64,000 nt of DNA from Rhodothermales bacterium (GTDB lineage Bacteria; Bacteroidota; Rhodothermia; Rhodothermales; VXPQ01). Shown piece after piece: positions 28,170-38,125 of the stretch. The DNA lies in NCBI GenBank assembly GCA_040904565.1, contig JBBDTI010000067.1, positions 26,342 through 90,341 on the forward strand, read 5' to 3'. Below the pieces are notes generated by a model that worked only from the letters and a program-made list of their open reading frames with translations, had not been told where the DNA came from and did not search any database. Made by a program: the position numbers and the translations under genes. Positions within the stretch are counted from its first letter, which is position 1. Every line of letters begins with the position of its first letter.

Positions 28170-29633
28170 TCATCGCACGTGCAGGATCACACCTGAATGT
28201 CTGGACTCATCGAAATGGGCGTCATATAGGTAGAGTCCGGTCGGCCAGCGTTCAGTTGTGATCTCAATATTCGTGATTCCGGCTGGCACCAATTCATTTA
28301 TCGGCGTCCGGACGATTCGTCCGGCGGCGTCGTAGATCCTTATTCGAACGTGCGCGGCCTTGGACAGGTTGACACGTAAGGTGGTGACACGGTCGGATGG
28401 TATCGGAAAGACACGTATGGCAGGACGCTTTTCCATTCGATCCGGCGAGAATACGGGTACCGCCGACGCACCATCTAACGTATTCCAGCAGGCTAGATGC
28501 GATGCGTGCAGATCGCCGGCTGAGAGGAAGGCGCCGCCGACGTGTAGCACTCCCGAAGGAGAGATCGCAAGCGCGTGCACGAGATCCCCGACCCCGCTGC
28601 CGAGCGCTCGCCAGTGCATCCCGTCCCAGACCCCCACGTGCTTAATCGGCGTCCCAACCGAAGTCTCGAAATATCCGCCCGCATAAAGTCGTCCCTCATC
28701 GTCAAATAAGAGGGCGTGCACGTTTCCGTCCAGTCCATCGCCTACCCGGTTCCACCGATTCCCATCCCACCGTGCAATATTGGCCGCCGTGGCGTGGCCG
28801 GCCAGATCGAAATTACCACCGGCGAAAAGATCTCCGTTCGGAGCAATCGCAAGCGCCCAGACAGGCCGCCCGAACCACGCTAAATTCATACCGCTTCCCA
28901 TGGCATGCCACTCGAAACCATCCCAGCGAGCAATCTGATACGCCGCAGCGCTGCCGGCCGTAGTAAACCCTCCTCCCGCATAGAGGGTGCCGTCGCGGGA
29001 GGTGACGAGAGATGTCACGTTGTGATTCATGCCCAGGCCTACGTTCGACCAGCGATCGCCATCCCACCGGGCAATAAATCGCGCGTCTCGACCGCCGGCG
29101 GACGTAAAGCCCCCTCCAGCATAGAGGGAGCCGTCGGGCGCAACGTGGAGCGCCTGTACGATTGAATTCATTCCTCCGCCGACCTCTTCCCACACCGTCC
29201 CGTCCCAGCGTGCGATGAATGCGGCGTCGTGGTCACCCGCCCGAGAAAACGTACCACCGGCATACAGCATTCCGTCACGTCCGACGGCCAGTGCATATAC
29301 GACATGATCCATTCCGCCGCCCATAGATGACCACCCGTTGTCTTTCCACACGGCAATATGGTTGACCACGCGGCCTCCGGCAGTCTTGAAAAAGCCTCCC
29401 GCGTAGAGAATGTCTCCGTGCGTTGCCATGGTCATGACATCGCCGTCGAGTGATGAAAAGGGATTTGTCCACGACGTGTTGTCGAACCGGTCCAACACCG
29501 TCGATAGAGCGGGGACATCGCGTGCAGCGAAGTGGGACGGCGAGTAGGTCGGGTCGGCTCCGGTTGCCTGGGCCGATCGAAACATGACGATCGACAGGAT
29601 AGCGATGAGAATCGCGACGCGCGGTATGGCCAT
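28170..29633 (-). CDS. Secreted seven-repeat beta-propeller protein with a T9SS type-A C-terminal sorting domain
   Basis: Signal peptide; seven repeats of about 47 aa (GxGMN..V.AL....DG.LYAGG.F..AG....IARWDG..W); CTD-like VFPIP...IYDAAGRIV...WPTGLY. Confidence 0.85.
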   Translation of the reverse strand: MAIPRVAILIAILSIVMFRSAQATGADPTYSPSHFAARDVPALSTVLDRFDNTSWTNPFSSLDGDVMTMATHGDILYAGGFFKTAGGRVVNHIAVWKDNGWSSMGGGMDHVVYALAVGRDGMLYAGGTFSRAGDHDAAFIARWDGTVWEEVGGGMNSIVQALHVAPDGSLYAGGGFTSAGGRDARFIARWDGDRWSNVGLGMNHNVTSLVTSRDGTLYAGGGFTTAGSAAAYQIARWDGFEWHAMGSGMNLAWFGRPVWALAIAPNGDLFAGGNFDLAGHATAANIARWDGNRWNRVGDGLDGNVHALLFDDEGRLYAGGYFETSVGTPIKHVGVWDGMHWRALGSGVGDLVHALAISPSGVLHVGGAFLSAGDLHASHLACWNTLDGASAVPVFSPDRMEKRPAIRVFPIPSDRVTTLRVNLSKAAHVRIRIYDAAGRIVRTPINELVPAGITNIEITTERWPTGLYLYDAHFDESRHSGVILHVR

Positions 29634-29918
29634 GGCTGCGAACTCTTAAGCGACGGGTCGTACGCTTAGACGCACGCTTACCTTTAGTTTAAGGTATATC
29701 TCACGCTCTCCGCGTAGGGCGGCAAGACGTTCACGTGTGGGTGTGAAGATGATCTGCACGTAAGTGCACGGCCGGCACGGGATGGGCCGGGAGAGTGATA
29801 GCCGCGCATCGCAGCATTGTTACGAATCCTCATCCGGGTGTGGGCGGTAATAAACCCTGAAGCACGTCACTGGTGCTTCGCCACCCGAGGCAACCTACTA
29901 ACGGACGTCAAGACGATC

Positions 29919-30344
29919 GTGAACAAGAAGAAACTGATAGACGGTCTGAATACGGATCTGTCCCACGAGTATCAGGCCGTGCTCATGTACAATTCGTACG
30001 CCGCCATGGCTTCGGGCATCCATCGCCCGATCCTGAAGACGTTTTTTGAGGCGGAGATTACGGATGAACTCCAGCACGCGGCGTTCCTCGCCAACAAGGT
30101 TACGGCGCTCGGTGGCACGCCGGTGACGAAGCCGGCACCGCTGAAGCTCGTTGAGGGCGCGACCGAGATGCTCGAGCAGGTTCAAAAGGCAGAGGCCGAG
30201 GCGATCGAGCGATACGTCGAGCGGCGCAAACAGGCTGAGAAGTATGGGGATTACGGTCTCGCGGCGGACCTCGACGCGATCATCAGCGACGAGACCGGCC
30301 ACAAGGAAGAGACGGAAAAACTGCTCCGGGATCTGCACGCGTAG
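29919..30344 (+). CDS. Ferritin-like (bacterioferritin-like) four-helix di-iron protein
   Basis: LSHEYQA..Y, DELQHA, EAEAIERY, DETGH di-iron motifs; GTG start inferred. Confidence 0.88.
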   Translation: MNKKKLIDGLNTDLSHEYQAVLMYNSYAAMASGIHRPILKTFFEAEITDELQHAAFLANKVTALGGTPVTKPAPLKLVEGATEMLEQVQKAEAEAIERYVERRKQAEKYGDYGLAADLDAIISDETGHKEETEKLLRDLHA

Positions 30345-30372
30345 GCTGCAGACGCGACAGCCGCCAGGATTT

Positions 30373-30418
30373 AAGCGTCGTACGGCACGGGCTTCTCCGC
30401 GTCGTACGACGCTTTTGT
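30373..30418 (+). terminator. Hairpin, probable intrinsic terminator after the ferritin-like gene
   Basis: AAGCGTCGTACG (30373-30384) and CGTACGACGCTT (30403-30414) form a perfect 12-bp inverted repeat followed by TTGT. Confidence 0.6.
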
Positions 30419-30459
30419 ATCTTGAAGCGTTCGTTCCCGGATGAGCCTATACGACGACG

Positions 30460-31542
30460 ATGAACTACCGCTCTCTCTGCTGGCTGTTGCTGTTTCTGGC
30501 GGCGCCTGGACCGCTCGCGGCGCAGACGCACACGGAAAACGTCATTTTTATCACCCTCGACGGACTCCGATGGCAGGAACTGTTCACGGGCGCCGACTCC
30601 ATGCTGATGGCCGACGAACGGTACACGGACGATCCGGCCGATTTCGAGGAGCGGTATTGGGCTGACGCCGCCGTGGTGCGGCGCGCCCGGTTGATGCCGT
30701 TTTTCTGGAATACGATCGCCGAACAGGGGCAGATCTACGGCAATCGGGAGCTGGGATGCCGGGTCGATGCCTCGAACCGGCACCTGTTTTCTTACCCGGG
30801 TTACAATGAGATCCTGACAGGGCGTGCCGACGACGCGCGCATCGACAGCAACGAGAAGCGTCCGAATCCTAATGTGACGGTTCTCGAGACCGTCAACCGG
30901 GCAACGGGTTTCGATGGGCGCGTTGCCGCGTTCGGTTCATGGGACGTGTTTCCCTTCATCATCAACGAAGGGCGCAGCGGCGTGCCGGTTAATGCCGGTT
31001 TCGAACCGGCCGCGGGTCCGAATCTGAGTGAGAAAGAGCGGCTCCTGAATACGCTCCAGGTGCAGATCCCCAGTCCATGGTCCACGGTTCGGCTCGACGC
31101 GTTCACCCACCACTTCGCCCTGGAGCATCTACGCCAGGAACGCCCGCGCCTGCTGTACGTCGCGTACGGAGAAACGGACGACTTCGCGCACGACGGAGAC
31201 TTCGGTGCGTATCTGACCGCCGCGGAGCGGACGGATGCGTTCATCGCGGAGCTGTGGAACTGGGTCCAGGCTCAGGATGATTACCGGGGAAAGACCACCT
31301 TCGTGATCACGACGGATCACGGTCGCGGCGAGGGTGACGCGTGGACGGGTCACGGGTCGAGCGTAGATGGCGCGGAGGCGATCTGGCTGGCCGTACTCGG
31401 ACCCGACACGCCGGCGGTAGGCGAACGCGTCGGGCCGTGCGATCTGTACCAGAACCAGGTCGCCGCGACGGTAGCCCGTCTCCTCGGCCTCGAACTGGGG
31501 CCGGAGGCCGGTCCGCCCATAGAATCGGCCTTTGGCGATTGA
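30460..31542 (+). CDS. Alkaline phosphatase superfamily protein, secreted
   Basis: ITLDGLRWQE, SYPGY (Ser nucleophile), ETDDFAH, TTDHGRG, H. Confidence 0.88.
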   Translation: MNYRSLCWLLLFLAAPGPLAAQTHTENVIFITLDGLRWQELFTGADSMLMADERYTDDPADFEERYWADAAVVRRARLMPFFWNTIAEQGQIYGNRELGCRVDASNRHLFSYPGYNEILTGRADDARIDSNEKRPNPNVTVLETVNRATGFDGRVAAFGSWDVFPFIINEGRSGVPVNAGFEPAAGPNLSEKERLLNTLQVQIPSPWSTVRLDAFTHHFALEHLRQERPRLLYVAYGETDDFAHDGDFGAYLTAAERTDAFIAELWNWVQAQDDYRGKTTFVITTDHGRGEGDAWTGHGSSVDGAEAIWLAVLGPDTPAVGERVGPCDLYQNQVAATVARLLGLELGPEAGPPIESAFGD

Positions 31543-31551
31543 TCTTACCGT

Positions 31552-34047
31552 CTACCCCTTTGGCGGCTTCGCCCGGTTGGTGGGCTCTGCGCGGAGGGGA
31601 TCTTCGGGCCAGTAGTGTTTCGGATACCGTCCGCGGAGGTCCTTGCGCACGTCGAAGTAGGTGTCCTTCCAGAAGTTCGCGAGATCCTGAGTAACCTGCA
31701 TGGGGCGATGGGCGGGTGAGAGGAGATGCAGCGTCAGCCGAACCCTTCCCCGATCGATGCGCGGCGTTTCCGTCTGGCCGAACAGTTCCTGCAGGCGGAC
31801 CGCCAGTACGGGAGCGTCGGGGTCGGAGTAATCGATCGGAATGCGCGACCCGCTGGGCACCGTCACGTGCGTGGGTGCCCGCTCGTCGAGTTCCTCACGC
31901 CGCTCCCAGCCGACGTACCCCAGCAGGATGTTCGTGAGGTCGAGCTGCTGCAGGTCTTCCGCGCGCTTCATCCCATAGAGATGGGGTCGAAGCCAATCTT
32001 CCAGGTTCTCCAGGAGCGCCTCGTTCGTGGCGCCCGGCCATTCTTCTTCATGACGGCCCAGGAAAACGAGCCGCTCCTGCAGATGCCGGGCGTTCTTGGT
32101 CCACGGCAGCAGCTCGAGGCCTTCCTCCCGGATACCCTCGATGAGTGCGTCGACCATCCGGTCTGGATCGGGGTCGGCGATGGGCCCGTCTTTCAGCACC
32201 ACGGCGCCGAGCTGCAGTCGACGCCGGGCACGCACGACGCCGTCGTCCCACGCTATCGTATCTACCTCCTCGATCTGCTCGTCGAAGTGTGCGAAAAGAT
32301 CTTCGAGACCCACGGGGGCGGCGCGAAAGATCCGGCTTTCCCGGCGCCGCTCGCCCAGGTCAGCCGCGACGAGATACTCGGCATTCGACAAGAGCTGCGG
32401 CTCGCCGAAGGTGGCCATGCGTCCGTTTCGGAGGCGGAAGCGACCATTGATCTTCTGTGCGATGCGGTCGGGGTACGCGAAAGCGGCAAGGAGACCACAC
32501 AGATCGACATCGGCATCTTCTTTTCGGGTGTGGACTTTCCGCCGCCAGTGCTTGGCCACGCGCAGGACGTGGTGTGCCGCGCCGCGGTCGACCTGGAATC
32601 CGCGTGCGTAGTCGAACTCCGCCCGGCCTCTTCCACGCAGGTCGCGCAGTGCCTGTACGCGAAGCCGCAGGTCGGCGTTGTCCACGCCGGAGCGTGCCTT
32701 AAAAATGTCGCGCTCGCTGAGCAATGCGGCGATGTCGCATGCGAGTCCGACCGCGTCGACCTCTTCCGCGCAGAGCAGCATGTGAGCGAGGCGAGGGTGG
32801 AGTCCGAGTCCGGACATCCGTCGACCGTGTTCGGTGATCGTGCCGTCGTTCGCTAGCGCACCGAGGTGCCGGAGCAGGTCGCGGGCCTGATCGTAGGCGG
32901 CGGCCGGCGGCGGATCCATCCAGTCGAGATCGGAGGGGTCGGCCGTACCCCAGCGTGCCAGCTCGAGGGCGAGGGGCGCAAGGTCTGCCTGGAGGATTTC
33001 GGGCGGACTGTGAGGCTCCAGATGCTGCTGATCGAGCGACGTCCACAGCCGGTAGCACACCCCCGGCCCGAGGCGTCCGGCCCGTCCGCGTCGCTGGTCG
33101 GCGGACGCCTTAGACACCTTGATGGTCGCCAGGCCCGTCATCCCGCTGCGCGGAGAGAAGCGCGGTACGCGCATCAATCCGGAGTCGACGACGATGCGTA
33201 CCCCTTCGATCGTCAGGCTCGTTTCGGCGATGTCGGTCGACAGTACGACCTTCCGACCGTCCGACGTGCTCGGAGCAATCGCTGCATCCTGAGCCGCCTG
33301 CGGCAGGTTGCCGAAGAGGGGATGCACGCTGACGTGGGCTGGAAGGTCGGAGAGCCGGGATTCCGTGCGCCGAATTTCGCCGGCGCCGGGCAGGAAGACG
33401 AGCAGGTCGCCCTCGTCGTGTTCCTGAAGCGCCATGCGGACCGTTCGCGCCGTGATCTCCTCGATGCGTGCCTCGGGCGCACCATCGAGGTAATGCGTCT
33501 CGATAGGATAGCTCCGCCCTTCGCTCGTGACGATCGGCGCGTCGTCGAGTAGATCGGCGACGGCCGTCGTTTCCAGTGTGGCGGACATGACGAGGACGCG
33601 GAGATCCTCACGAAAGATGCGTCGCGACGCCAATGTAAGGGCGAGGCCGAGGTCGGCCTGAAGGCTGCGTTCGTGAAATTCGTCGAAGATCACCAGACCG
33701 ACCCCTTCCAGTGACGGGTCGTCCTGCAGAAACCGCGTCAGCACGCCTTCCGTCACGACCTCGATACGCGTCGAGGGTCCCACGCGGGTATCCATGCGCA
33801 CTCGGTAGCCGATCGTTTGTCCGACCGATTCGCCGCGGAGGTCGGCCATGCGACGGGCAGCCGCGCGAGCGGCGAGGCGGCGGGGCTCGAGCATAACGAT
33901 CTTTTGCCCAACCATCCATTTCTCTTCGAGCAGGGCCGGCGGCACGAGCGTGGTCTTCCCCGCACCGGGCGGCGCCTGCAGCACGGCCTCGGTTCTCGAC
34001 CGAAGGGCGGCGGCGAGTTCGGGAAGTTCGGGTTCTATGGGCAGCAC
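31552..34047 (-). CDS. hrpB: ATP-dependent RNA helicase HrpB
   Basis: APPGAGKTT, EPRRLAAR, DEFHER, MSAT, TDIAETSLTIEG, QRRGRAGR, AYPDRIA, LRGRYPKHYWP. Confidence 0.97.
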   Translation of the reverse strand: MLPIEPELPELAAALRSRTEAVLQAPPGAGKTTLVPPALLEEKWMVGQKIVMLEPRRLAARAAARRMADLRGESVGQTIGYRVRMDTRVGPSTRIEVVTEGVLTRFLQDDPSLEGVGLVIFDEFHERSLQADLGLALTLASRRIFREDLRVLVMSATLETTAVADLLDDAPIVTSEGRSYPIETHYLDGAPEARIEEITARTVRMALQEHDEGDLLVFLPGAGEIRRTESRLSDLPAHVSVHPLFGNLPQAAQDAAIAPSTSDGRKVVLSTDIAETSLTIEGVRIVVDSGLMRVPRFSPRSGMTGLATIKVSKASADQRRGRAGRLGPGVCYRLWTSLDQQHLEPHSPPEILQADLAPLALELARWGTADPSDLDWMDPPPAAAYDQARDLLRHLGALANDGTITEHGRRMSGLGLHPRLAHMLLCAEEVDAVGLACDIAALLSERDIFKARSGVDNADLRLRVQALRDLRGRGRAEFDYARGFQVDRGAAHHVLRVAKHWRRKVHTRKEDADVDLCGLLAAFAYPDRIAQKINGRFRLRNGRMATFGEPQLLSNAEYLVAADLGERRRESRIFRAAPVGLEDLFAHFDEQIEEVDTIAWDDGVVRARRRLQLGAVVLKDGPIADPDPDRMVDALIEGIREEGLELLPWTKNARHLQERLVFLGRHEEEWPGATNEALLENLEDWLRPHLYGMKRAEDLQQLDLTNILLGYVGWERREELDERAPTHVTVPSGSRIPIDYSDPDAPVLAVRLQELFGQTETPRIDRGRVRLTLHLLSPAHRPMQVTQDLANFWKDTYFDVRKDLRGRYPKHYWPEDPLRAEPTNRAKPPKG

Positions 34048-34052
34048 GGGTA

Positions 34053-34094
34053 CGGCGATGTTGGGGCGGTGACGTTGGGGCGGCGATGTGGGGG
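34053..34094. repeat. Three tandem 14-bp G-rich repeats immediately upstream of hrpB
   Basis: CGGCGATGTTGGGG / CGGTGACGTTGGGG / CGGCGATGTGGGGG. Confidence 0.8.
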
Positions 34095-34166
34095 CTCGGA
34101 ATGCCGATCAGGTAACGCGTGCGGATTCGAAGGTGTTGCGGGCAGTACGGACGATCGTTAACGTGA

Positions 34167-36050
34167 TGCAGCGGCATATCGAACTCAATCAGGGACGGAG
34201 CGATCAGCGAGGCCGAATACATACGCAGCCACTACACGAAATCCGAGTATAGCATCCCCATGCGAGACGGCGTGAAGCTGTTCACGTCCGTTTATTCGCC
34301 GAAGGAGATGAAACGAGGTAGGCGCTCGGGGCCGGACTCGGACGGTCGTGAGAAGGAGGCGGCCGGTCATTACCCCATCCTCCTGTACCGCACCCCCTAC
34401 GGGGTGGGACCCTACGGAGAGGATGAATACAGGGAGCGGATGGGTCCGTCCGAGGCCCTCTGCCGGGAGGGGTACATCTTCGTGTATCAGGACGTCCGGG
34501 GACGGATGATGTCGGAAGGGTCTTTCGAAGCGGTGCGCCCCCACATCCCCCAGAAAACGGATCGAGCGGACGTGGATGAAAGCAGCGATACGTACGACAC
34601 GGTGGAATGGCTGCTCGAGCACGTAGCGAATCACAACGGCCGCGTGGGCCTCTGGGGGATTTCCGCGCCGGGTTTCTACGCGACGCACGCGCTCATCGAC
34701 GCGCACCCTGCCGTGAAGGCCGTCTCGCCGCAGGCGCCGGTGACGGACTGGTTCCTCGGGGACGATCGGCACCACAACGGCGCGTTCATGCTGCAGGCGA
34801 CGTTCAGCTTTCTGTCGTGGTTCGGCGTTCCGCGGCCGGAGCCGGTGGAGGATCTGCCGGAGCGGTTCGACGACTACGGTACGCCGGACGGCTATGCCTG
34901 GTATCTGGCGCAGGGGTCGGCGGCCGAACTCGGCGCGCGCCATCTCGGGAGCGAGAACGCCACGTGGAACGCCATGATGGAGCACGGCACGTACGACGCC
35001 TTCTGGCAGGCGCGGACGCCGCTGCCGCACCTGCGCGACGTGCGTCCGGCCGTCCTGGTGACCGGCGGGTTCTTCGACACGCACGACCTCTACGGGCCGC
35101 TGAAGACGTAAGAGGCGCTTCGAAGGGCCGGGGCGGACTGCTACCTGGCGATGGGTCCGTGGTGGCACGGCGCGTGGGCGCGCTCCGACGGCGAGAGCTA
35201 CGGGCCGTTTCATTTCGGCCAGAAGACGGCCGAATTCTACCGGCAGAACATCGAGCGTCCCTTCTTCAATCACCATCTGAAGGGTGACGCTCCACTCGGC
35301 GTCGCGCGCGCCAGCATCTTCACGACGGGCAGCAACCGGTGGCATTTCTTCGATGCCTGGCCGCCGGAGGACGTGGATGACGCGGCGCTGTATCTGCATC
35401 CCGGGGGACGAACGGATTTCGAGCCGCCGTCCGGCGCCGACGACTTCGCCGCCTACGTCAGCGACCCAAACGTGCCGGTGTCGCACACGCCCGATATCGT
35501 CGTCCACCGTGACGATCGCTACGTCGTGCAGGATCAGCGCTTTGCGTCGCGGCGGCCCGACGTCCTCGTTTTTGCGTCCGACCCGCTCGAGCGGCCGGTA
35601 ACGCTCGCGGGCCGGCTTTTTGCTCATCTATTCGTTTCCTCGACGGGAACCGACGCCGACTTCATCGTCAAATTGATCGACGTGTATCCCGGCGATGCCG
35701 AATGTGAGGTGGAGGACTGCGAGGTCCCGATAGGCGGATTTCAGATGCTCGTGCGAGGAGAGGTCATGCGAGCCCGGTTCCGCAACAGCTTCGAGCATCC
35801 CGAGCCGATGGAGCCGGGCCGCGTGACCGGGCTGCGGTTCGATATGCAGGATGTCGCGCACACCTTCCGGAAAGGGCATCGCATGATGGTGCAGATTCAG
35901 AGCACGTGGTTTCCCCTCGTGGATCGCAATCCGCAGACGTTTACCGACATATACCACGCCGAGCCGGACGCATACCGCGAAGCGACACATCGTGTATTTA
36001 TGGGGTCGGAAAAGGCATCGAAACTGGAGATGCAGTTGCTGCAGAGGTGA
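34167..36050 (+). pseudogene. CocE/NonD family hydrolase (S15 peptidase or amino-acid ester hydrolase) interrupted by an in-frame TAA at 35109-35111
   Basis: YTKSEYSIPMRDGVKL, RTPY, QDVRG, GISAPG, then GPLKT*EALRR...MGPWWHG in the same frame; no intact signal peptide or start upstream. Confidence 0.8.
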
Positions 36051-36227
36051 TACGCCGCGCCGCCTGAGCATCATCGGCACCCCGTCCAGCGAGGCTGGCC
36101 CCTGATAGTGCGGGCACGCGGCCTGATTTGCGGCACGAACCCCCGACCGGTAATGATTTTCGTTGGGGAACCGGTTACTTTGGAGGCGTGATCAAGGTTG
36201 GCATCCCAAGCAGTAAGGCAACGTGTC

Positions 36228-36656
36228 ATGAAGATACCGGGACTGTCGGAGCGCGTCATTGCGGAACATGCCGAGAAGGGTTCGATCGACAGGGGTCGGG
36301 AGTATTTCCGGGACGGCGCCGTGAAGTCGCTGAAGCGGACGTCCGATTCGGAGGTCGAAGCCTTCGTACAGGGAACGGACATCGCCCCCTACCAGGTCGA
36401 CATCCGGCACGATGCAGAAGGCATCAAAGAGGCCGTCTGTTCCTGTCCCTACGTGACGGGAAGCTGGTGCCGGCACATCGTCGCTACGCTGTACGCCGTT
36501 ATAGAGAGCGAAGGGGCGCTTTCGAGGCCCCTGGAGGAGATTCTGGGCGATTTCGACCGAAGCGAATTAGTACGCCTGGTCGAGCACATCGTCGCGGAGC
36601 ATCCCGAGGCGTCGTCTACGGTCGAAGCATTCTATCGCCAGAGACACGTCGAATGA
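36228..36656 (+). CDS. SWIM zinc finger protein
   Basis: RGREY..G.V, VQGT..Y.V, CSCPY....CRH SWIM motif. Confidence 0.85.
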   Translation: MKIPGLSERVIAEHAEKGSIDRGREYFRDGAVKSLKRTSDSEVEAFVQGTDIAPYQVDIRHDAEGIKEAVCSCPYVTGSWCRHIVATLYAVIESEGALSRPLEEILGDFDRSELVRLVEHIVAEHPEASSTVEAFYRQRHVE

Positions 36657-38011
36657 TGCGGCGCGTATTCCTGCTTACGGTCGGCTTGCTGCTAACCCTC
36701 TCGTCCGCGCGAGCGCAGGACGCGCCGCCTGCCATCGATCCGCGCATCTATGACATCGTGGAATCCGTCTCGCCCGAACGGATCGAGGCGGACATCCGGA
36801 CGCTGGCCGGATTCGGGACGCGGCATACGATGTCGGACACGACGTCGGAAGCGCGTGGTATCGGTGCGGCGCGCCGGTGGCTTTTCGAGGCGTTCGAGCA
36901 GATTTCGGCGGACTGCGGGGGATGCGTGGACGTCGTCTATCAACGAACCATCGTGTCGGACGAACCGCGCATACCGGAGCCGACGGAGATCGTCAACGTG
37001 CTGGCCATACAGCGCGGCGCCATCCACCCCAATCGCCACGTCATCATGTCGGGCGACATCGACAGCCGGGCGTCGGACGTGATGGATGCGACGAGCGATG
37101 CACCCGGTGCGAACGACAATGCCTCGGGTCTGGCCGGCACGCTCGAGGCAGCCCGCGTGCTGTCGCGGCACGCGTTCGGCAGTACGATCGTCTATGCCGG
37201 TCTCTCCGGCGAGGAGCAGGGGCTCTACGGCGGTGCGCATATGGCGTCCGTTGCCGTGGAGGACGGATGGGAGATCGCCGCCGTCCTCAACAACGACATG
37301 ATCGGCAACATCGAGGGCGGCGACGGCGTGATCGATAACACCGTCTTTCGGGTCTTCTCACAGCCGTTCCCGTCGCTGGCCACGGAAGACGAGCTGCGGC
37401 GGATGCGCTACTTCGGCGGCGAGGTGGACGGTCCGTCGCGGCAGCTGGCGCGCTACGTCGATCGCGCGACGGACCGGTATCTGGCGAATCTGGATGCCAT
37501 GATGATCTACCGCCTCGACCGGTTCGGTCGCGGCGGACATCATCGTCCGTTCAACGACGCGGGATTCCCGGCCGTTCGCATCATGGAGGCGCACGAGGAC
37601 TACACGGAGCAGCATCAGGACGTACGCGTGGAGGAGGGGATCGAATACGGTGACGTGATCGAGGAGGTCGACTTCGACTTTGCAGCGCGCCTGACGGCCG
37701 TCAACGCCGCCGTCCTGGCCTCGATGGCCTGGGCGCCACCCGCTCCCTTGGACGTACGCATCGGCGGCGCCGTACAGCCGTCCACTACGCTGGCGTGGGA
37801 CGCCGTGAACGATCCGGGTCTGGCGGGCTACAGGGTCTACTGGCGGTCGACGACGGCGCCGCAGTGGGAGCACAGCCGATTCGTGCCGGCGGGCACCACC
37901 CGGCATACGCTCGAAGGCATCGTGATCGACAACTATCTCTTCGGCGTGGCGTCCGTCGGGCGAGACGGGAACGAGAGTCCCGTCTCGTTTCCGGGTGGAT
38001 TGCTGCGGTAA
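36653..38011 (+). CDS. M28 family metallopeptidase with a C-terminal Fn3-like domain
   Basis: Signal peptide; FGTRHT, APGANDNASG, GEEQGLYG, NNDMIGN, RGGHH; ATGA overlap with the SWIM gene. Confidence 0.92.
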   Translation: MMRRVFLLTVGLLLTLSSARAQDAPPAIDPRIYDIVESVSPERIEADIRTLAGFGTRHTMSDTTSEARGIGAARRWLFEAFEQISADCGGCVDVVYQRTIVSDEPRIPEPTEIVNVLAIQRGAIHPNRHVIMSGDIDSRASDVMDATSDAPGANDNASGLAGTLEAARVLSRHAFGSTIVYAGLSGEEQGLYGGAHMASVAVEDGWEIAAVLNNDMIGNIEGGDGVIDNTVFRVFSQPFPSLATEDELRRMRYFGGEVDGPSRQLARYVDRATDRYLANLDAMMIYRLDRFGRGGHHRPFNDAGFPAVRIMEAHEDYTEQHQDVRVEEGIEYGDVIEEVDFDFAARLTAVNAAVLASMAWAPPAPLDVRIGGAVQPSTTLAWDAVNDPGLAGYRVYWRSTTAPQWEHSRFVPAGTTRHTLEGIVIDNYLFGVASVGRDGNESPVSFPGGLLR

Positions 38012-38125
38012 GGCGGCCTGCAGAATGCCCTGGGCAATCAGGTTGAGGTCAAACGGTCCGCCGAAGAACCTGTTGAAGTGAACGCGTCGCCCGTTCGTGT
38101 GAGTCGCCGGGAAAGGCGAATCGTT

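Noticed and set aside
29679-29696. TACCTT-N6-AAGGTA palindrome as a Fur-like operator for the ferritin-like gene
   Set aside because: Only 6-bp arms, no match to the Fur consensus, and a single occurrence.
35109-35111. Stop-codon reassignment or programmed readthrough
   Set aside because: TAA, TAG and TGA all terminate well-defined genes in this window, so a single nonsense change is simpler.
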